A stretch of DNA of 64,000 nucleotides from Eledone cirrhosa. Lineage: Eukaryota. The stretch spans positions 6,758,001 to 6,822,000 of the forward strand of contig OZ024765.1 of NCBI GenBank assembly GCA_964016885.1, given 5' to 3'. The notes beneath the pieces are model-generated. The model was given only the letters and a program-made list of their open reading frames with translations. It made no database searches and had not been told where the DNA came from. The translations under genes and the position numbers were made by a program. Shown here piece after piece: positions 56,701-64,000 of the stretch. The first letter of the stretch is position 1; each line of letters begins with the position of its first letter.

Positions 56701-57485
56701 TTTACCTCACATAATATCTCACATAACATTTACATTACTCTATATATACTATTGTATTTTCACAGTAAAGGCTTTACCTCACATAATATCTCACACATTT
56801 ACATTACTCTATATATACTATTGTATTTTCACAGTAAAGGCTTTACCTCACATAATATCTCACATAACATTTACATTACTCTATATATACTATTGTATTT
56901 CCACGGTAAAGGCTTTACCTCACATAATATCTCACATAACATTTACATTACTCTATATATACTATTGTATTGTCACAGTAAAGGCTTTACCTCACATAAT
57001 ATCTCACATAACATTTACATTACTCTATATATACTATTGTATTTTCACAGTAAAGGCTTTACCTCACATAATATCTCACATAACATTTACATTACTCTAT
57101 ATATACTATTGTATTGTCACAGTAAAGGCTTTACCTCACATAATATCTCACATAACATTTACATTACTCTATATATACTATTGTATTGTCACAGTAAAGG
57201 CTTTACCTCACATAATATCTCACATAACATTTACATTACTCTATATATACTATTGTATTGTCACAGTAGAGGCTTTACTTCACATAATATCTCACATAAC
57301 ATTTACATTACTCTATATATACTATTGTATTTCCACGGTAAAGGCTTTACCTCACATAATATCGAATCTACGAGATTTTGATGTTATTCATTTTCAGAAC
57401 AATACCTTAACATCAGTATGGGTGGCCAGTTACAACCGGTTACAGCCAGTTTGAACAGAAGGAGGTGTAAATGCTAAAGGGTTAA
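53718..57485 (+). repeat. 72-bp satellite (~50 copies) bracketed by MITE termini
   Basis: Starts TTAACCCTTTACCATTTA and ends TAAATGCTAAAGGGTTAA. Confidence 0.95.
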
Positions 57486-58169
57486 TTCACTCAATTACTA
57501 TCATCTGCTTTCTGGAAGATTCTATCAACATTGCAGATCTTTGGTTTGGAAATAAATAGCTTTTGGTTCAAATCCAGTCAAGCTACTTTGCAGGGCAGGA
57601 TTTACCTGCTTATGGGTCCTGGCCAAACTCATCATGAGTTCCCACTCACACACATGGTCACACTAGCCACCCGACTACTGTGCGCAGTCATGACATGTAT
57701 GTTGTGTTGGATAAAAATTCGTTTGCAGTATTTCTTCTAGCCCCGAGTTCAAATCTCACAAGAACCACTTTACCTTTCATCACTGCGGTGGATTGGCCGT
57801 ACCGGTAGAGCGTTGGGCAACATGCTTTATGGCATAGAGTTACGCCCCTTTACGATCTGAATTCAAATCTCACCGAGGTTAGCTTTGCCTTTTTCACCAA
57901 CTCCTTCCCTTCCTTTTACACACATACATTCACACAGGCAACATACGTAAAGAGAGAGGAGTAGTATGAGGTAGTCGAACTACTCCTCTCTCTTTACGTG
58001 TTGTGACAGAATCGTAGAAATGTATATATAGATTTCTAACATTGCTCAACAAGAGGTTCTTATATAAAATTATATTAGAACAATTCTTAATAATGTATGT
58101 TAAATAAGATTTTCAAGGAATATGTTTCCGGATATAGAGTAAGTTTCAGTTACATTAAAATTGGTGGCT

Positions 58170-59420
58170 TGGTTTCATAGAACCAAAGCTGGTTTTAGCT
58201 GGTTTCAGCTGGTATTATATCATAGAACCAAAGCTGATTTTAGCTGGTGTTATACCATAGAACTAAAGCTGGTTTTATCTGGTTTCAGCTGGTGTTATAT
58301 CATAGAACTAAAGCTGGTTTTATCTGGTTTCAGCTGGTATTATATCATAGAACCAAAGCTGGTTTTAGCTGGTGTTATACCATAGAACTAAAGCTGGTTT
58401 TATCTGGTTTCAGCTGGTGTTATATCATAGAACCAAAGCTGGTTTTAGCTGGTGTTATATCATAGAACTAAAGCTGGTTTTATCTGGTTTCAGCTGGTAT
58501 TATATCATAGAACCAAAGCTGGTTTTAGCTGGTGTTATACCATAGAACTAAAGCTGGTTTTATCTGGTTTCAGCTGGTGTTATATCATAGAACTAAAGCT
58601 GGTTTTATCTGGTTTCAGCTGGTATTATATCATAGAACCAAAGCTGGTTTTAGCTGGTGTTATACCATAGAACTAAAGCTGGTTTTATCTGGTTTCAGCT
58701 GGTGTTATATCATAGAACCAAAGCTGGTTTTAGCTGGTGTTATATCATAGAACTAAAGCTGGTTTTATCTGGTTTCAGCTGGTATTATATCATAGAACCA
58801 AAGCTGGTTTTAGCTGGTGTTATACCATAGAACTAAAGCTGGTTTTATCTGGTTTCAGCTGGTGTTATATCATAGAACCAAAGCTGATTTTAGCTGGTTT
58901 CAGCTGGTGTTATATCATAGAACTAAAGCTGGTTTTATCTGGTTTCAGCTGGTATTATATCATAGAACCAAAGCTGGTTTTAGCTGGTTTCAGCTGGTGT
59001 TATATCATAGAACTAAAACTGGTTTTATCTGGTTTCAGCTGGTGTTATATCATAGAACTAAAGCTGGTTTTAGCTGGTTTCAGCTGGTATTATATCATAG
59101 AACCAAGGCGGTGGATTGGCAGTATCGGTAGAGGGTCGGACGCCATGCTTTCCAGGATAGTTAGGTCTCTTAACGATCTGAGTTCAAATCCCGCCGAGGT
59201 TGACTTTGCCTTTCATCCTTACAGGGTCGATAAAATAAAGTACCAGTAATGCACTGGGTAATTGCTGGCCTTGTGCCAAAAGTAGAAACAATTATATCAT
59301 AGAACCAAAGCTGGTTTCAGCTGGTTTTGTTTCATAGAACTGCAGTTGGTTTTAGCTGGTTTTATTTCACAGAACCAAAACTGGTTTTTAGCTGGTTTCA
59401 GCTGGTTTATCAAAAGAACT
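58170..59420. repeat. 35/45-bp two-unit higher-order tandem array
   Basis: CATAGAAC(C/T)AAAGCTGGTTTTA.CTGG(TTTCAGCTGG)TGTTATAT, interrupted by the SINE at 59107-59290. Confidence 0.92.
59107..59290 (+). mobile_element. tRNA-derived SINE (family A), full length, 18-bp TSD
   Basis: A-box TGGCAGTATCGG, B-box GAGTTCAAATCC, body GCCTTTCATCCTTACAGGGTCGATAAAATAAAGTACC; TSD ATTATATCATAGAACCAA. At least 15 other copies, e.g. 2820-3035, 8665-9080, 11255-11925, 15660-15840, 17680-18260, 26005-26170, 27180-27340, 37690-38050, 40545-40735, 41378-41945. Confidence 0.9.
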
Positions 59421-60129
59421 GATGAAGAATTTTGAGGGATTCACTAGAATTATTAATTATTTCATTACTAAGATTACTACTTAACACATGGTTCTTAAAT
59501 AACATTATTTTAGATTATAATTTAAATAGAAACCCACAAAATGGATGGTTTTGTTTCATAGAACCAGAACTGGGTTTACCTGTTTTGTATCAAAAGGACT
59601 GAGGAAGAATTTTGAAGGATTTACTTTACATATGGTTCTTATATACAATTATGTTGGCAGATTTTTAATGAAAATAGGAACTTTTTAAAAATGGATGGTT
59701 GTATTTCATAGAACCTGCGGCAGTTTGGAGGCAGGTTGATGTCACATGTTTTTGAACAGGAGCTGAGAAGAAGCATGAACATAGGAGCCTAGCCATAACT
59801 ACACAGTAGTAATTAGGGTTAAAGGGCAGGGAAAGCAGTTGATAGACTGCTTGAGATCTTGTACCTGATATCCTTCAGTTCTTCGTGGGAAAAAAATATT
59901 GTTCGAAAACATTCGGAGGGCGTTTTTGGGGAGGGTTATTTTATAACAGAGTTTTTACTTTTATTTTATGGACCGTGTGAAACATAAGACAACAAAATAT
60001 AGTCACTAAGATGACGATGGTGGGGTGGCTCTTGGGTGGAGCTGGAATGAGGGGTGGACGGGGGGGGGGGGTAACTTCATCCTGACCTAAAGTTTATATA
60101 ATATACATAAGTTATACTTAATGGGTGTA

Positions 60130-61262
60130 AGCAGCAACAACACTAGCAGACCCAATCACAATAACAACAACCACCACCACCACCACTACAACCACAACAA
60201 CCACCACCACAACAACAACCACCACCACCACTACAACCACAACAACCACCACCACAACAACAACCACCACCACCACTACAACCACAACAACCACACCAAC
60301 CACCACCACCACAACAACAACAACAACCACCACAACAACCACCAGCACAACAGCCACCACCACAATAACCACCACAACAACAACAACCACAACAGCCACC
60401 ACCACCACTAAAACCACAACAACAACCACAACAACAAACACCACCACAACAACAACCACAACAGCCATCACCACCACCACTACAACCACCACAACAACAA
60501 CAACCACCACCACAACAACCACCACCACAACAACAACCACCACTACAACAACAACAGAAACCACAACAACCACCACAACTACAACCACAACAACAACCAC
60601 CACCACCACAACAACCACCACCACCACCACAACAACAATGACCACAACAGCCATCACCACCACCACAACAACCACCACAACAACAACCACCACTACAACA
60701 ACAACAGCTACCACAACAACCACCACAACCACAACAACAGCCACCACAACAACCACCACCACAACAACCACCATCACAACAACCACCACCACCACAACAA
60801 CCACCACCACCACAACAACAACCACCACCACAACAACAACTACCACCACAACCACCACCACCACAACAACAGCTACAACCACAACAACAGCCACCACAAC
60901 AACCACCACCACAACAACAGCTACCACAACAACCACCACAACCACAACAACAGCCACCACAACAACCACCACCACAACAACCACCACCACAACAACAACC
61001 ACCACCACAACCACAACAACCACCACAACAACAACCACCACCACAACAACCACCACCACCACAACAACCACCACCACAACAACAACCACAACAACCACCA
61101 CCACAACAACAACCACCACCACCACCACAACAACTACCACCACCACAACAACAACCACAACAACAACCACCACAACAACCACCACCACAACAACAACCAC
61201 CACCACTACCACCACCACCACCACTACCACCACCACCACCACAACAACAACAACAACAACCA
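60130..61262. repeat. (ACC/ACA)n trinucleotide array
   Basis: Direct inspection; similar low-complexity tracts at 43020-43480, 47940-48600, 53200-53375 and 61500-62710. Confidence 0.95.
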
Positions 61263-63664
61263 TAGAAGATTATGAAGAAAAAAATGTGTATTTGATTGAG
61301 AAAAAATATAAATTATTAAAGGAAGAAAAGTAGACCCACCACCGCCTCAGTCAGCCCCTAAAACTCCCCCAAAACCCCTCACTGACCCCACTCTACCCTC
61401 AGTCAGCCCCCCCCCCCCCCCACACACACAGTGTGTGTGTGGAGAGGGTGTAAGGGGGTCGAGGGGGAGAATATTTATGTTATGTAAATTGAAGAAATAT
61501 TTGGGGTGTCAGAGAGAGAAGGAAAAGAAGAATGGCAGGGGGTAGGTGGGGTGGAGGGTATGTGGGGAGGAGGGAGAGAAGAGAGGGTAGGAGGGTAGTA
61601 GGGAAGGAAAGAGAGAAGGAAGGAGAGAGGGAAAGAGAGAAGGAGGGAAGAAAGGAAGGAAGGAGAGAGGGAAGGAGAGAAGGAGGGGGGAAGGAAGGAG
61701 AGAGGGTAAGAGGGAAGGAGAGAAGGAAGGAAGGAGAGAGAGGGTAGGAGGGAAGGAAGGGGGAGGGAAGGAGAGAAGGAGAGAGGGGAGGAGGAGAGGA
61801 AGGAGAGAGGGAAAGAAGGGTCTTTATTGACCCTTTTTTTGCATTTTACATTCAATACTTGCAAGCTTTCTTTCTTTTTTCCATCTTTCCTTCTTTCTTT
61901 CTCCCCCCCCCCTCTCTACCCCCTCCCCCCTCTATATCTCTACCCCCACCCCTCTATCTCTCTACCCCTCCACCCCCTCTCTCTCTCATGGTTTCTAGAA
62001 TTAACACTTCAGGCATCTGGTCCCTACAGTTATAGGAATCATATTTCACACACACACACACACATGTATATACACACACACACAGACATGACACATACAC
62101 ACAGGCACACACACACAAACAGATAGACAAACACAGACACACACACGGGGACATACACACACACATACATACACAGAGAGAGAGACACACACATTCACAC
62201 ACAAACAAACTGACACATACACACACCAAACACAGACATATATATATACACACTCACATACACAGACACACACACACACACACACACATACAAACTGACA
62301 CATACAGACACGCACAAACACACACACACCCCAAACACAGACATATATATATATATATACACACTCACACTCACACATACACAGAGAGAGAGACACACAC
62401 GCACACACATACAGACACACACACACCCCAAACACAGACATATATATATATACACACTCACACTCACACATACACACAGAGAGAGACATGCACACACATA
62501 CAGACACACACACACCCCAAACACAGACATATATATATACACACTCACTCACACATACACAGAGAGAGACATGCACACACATACAGACACACACACACCC
62601 CAAACACAGACATATATATATACACACTCACACTCACAGAGAGAGAGAGAGACACACACACACGCACACACACACATACAGACACACACAAATACACACA
62701 CACACTAGTCACTAATCACTTTACAGATGAAAAGGGTGCATTTTATCATGCCACCAGCACTAGAGAGGCTTTATGTAAGGACATATTAGTTGTTATTCAG
62801 ACTGACTTCTCTCTCAAACAAGTTGCTCTTCCTACAGCTTCTAGACCCCATGTCTACTCTGTGCAGACTTATTTATTCAGAAAGACTGTCCTCCCGGATT
62901 CTGTCTACCTTATACAATGTTATTTATTTGGAGATACTGCTTCCCTAGATGGGTTGCCTTCCTTCTGTTTTATAGAACCCACACCTGTCCCAAAGATACA
63001 CATATATTCATGTACACACTAAATTATAGAGATATTGTTTATACACCCATCTATGCAGAGACACCCTAATTATACAATTAGTTTGTTTTTTTGTAGCCAC
63101 TAGTAGAGTAATATGTAATTTGTACTATTGTTATATTTGTACTATGGTTATATTTAGTTTGAGAGATGACCCCTTAGCCTTTGTCAAGGCAGAATTCTAG
63201 GAGAAAGAAAACTCTGATATAACACCTGCAACCCTGATGGTATCCAATGATGTTGACTTGTTCTTCTTTTTGGTAAATATCATCTTGGTTAAGAGAGTAG
63301 GACTGGCTTTGTGCAGTGCCTTTTCTCACTATAAAAGCTTCACGGCACAGGCATTGCTTTATATCTGGAGATCTCTCTGCACTTGTCGTCACATGGTACC
63401 ATGGTCCCAGCACTATGTGTCAATAATTGTCACAAGTGTAGTGTTTGTACCAGAGTTTTCAAGTCGCTGGCTGGACTAAAAAGTCACACTCATTCAGCGC
63501 ATCGGTAGGGGTTCTCCTACATGGATATAAAGTAGTGGCCGTACTCGAAAACGAGTTGGCAGCCACCATGTATGTATGTATATATGTATATATATGTAAA
63601 TATATATATATGCATGTATATATATATATTTTATTTCTTTTTATTTATTTATTATTATCATTAA

Positions 63665-63720
<56 letters not shown>

Positions 63721-64000
63721 TTTTTTGTGCAATGGCCATACTCGATAACTAACGAGGGGGCAGCCATCATATATGTATGTATGTCGGGACACTCTTGAGT
63801 GCTACTGGTAACATGTAACCCAGTACAACCTGTCGCATGGTTGGGTCGTGGGCGACTAAACCGGCAACCCCACCAAGTTTACTTGGTGGGGAGGGTGATT
63901 TCGGACACCCTGCAGGACAAAAAACAAAACCTGACAAAATGCAGAAGAACTCATAAGAGTCAACGGCTATCCAAAAGTGTGTAAATATGTATATACACAT

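Noticed and set aside
53890-57454. 1163-aa and overlapping long ORFs (also 44035-44872, 20888-21667)
   Set aside because: Stop-free frames of 72-bp and 48-bp MITE-derived satellites whose unit lengths are multiples of three; not genes.
57967-57976. let-7-like TGAGGTAGT in a hairpin (also ~13387)
   Set aside because: Only 9 nt match, located in the loop, and part of a dispersed repeat.
60118-61333. Poly-Thr mucin-like, poly-Val and His/Asn ORFs
   Set aside because: Pure (ACC/ACA)n microsatellite with frame shifts, no signal peptide and no convincing splice context.

Overview
AT-rich, microsatellite- and transposon-dense animal genomic DNA. The SINE/LINE families and gene style suggest a cephalopod (Octopus-like); this assignment is an inference. 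Three intron-containing genes can be rebuilt by hand with GT-AG sites and consistent phases. TBL3/UTP13 (minus) has 9 5' exons and runs off the left edge. DUS1L (plus) has 12 exons, 486 aa, and lies head-to-head with TBL3. Phenylalanine hydroxylase PAH (minus) has 13 exons, 457 aa, and is convergent with DUS1L. From about 42.3 kb to the end I see no credible protein gene; the long ORFs there are artefacts of tandem repeats. The most notable unexplained layer is a set of minimal type-I hammerhead-ribozyme motifs. Two sit in the inverted pseudo-LTRs of a decayed Penelope-like retroelement just downstream of DUS1L. Several more sit in short inverted-repeat or palindromic elements embedded in (TA)n tracts. 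Many satellite arrays have grown from internal pieces of transposons, including a 3.7 kb array still bracketed by its parent MITE termini. All calls are by eye; no alignment, folding or database search was run.
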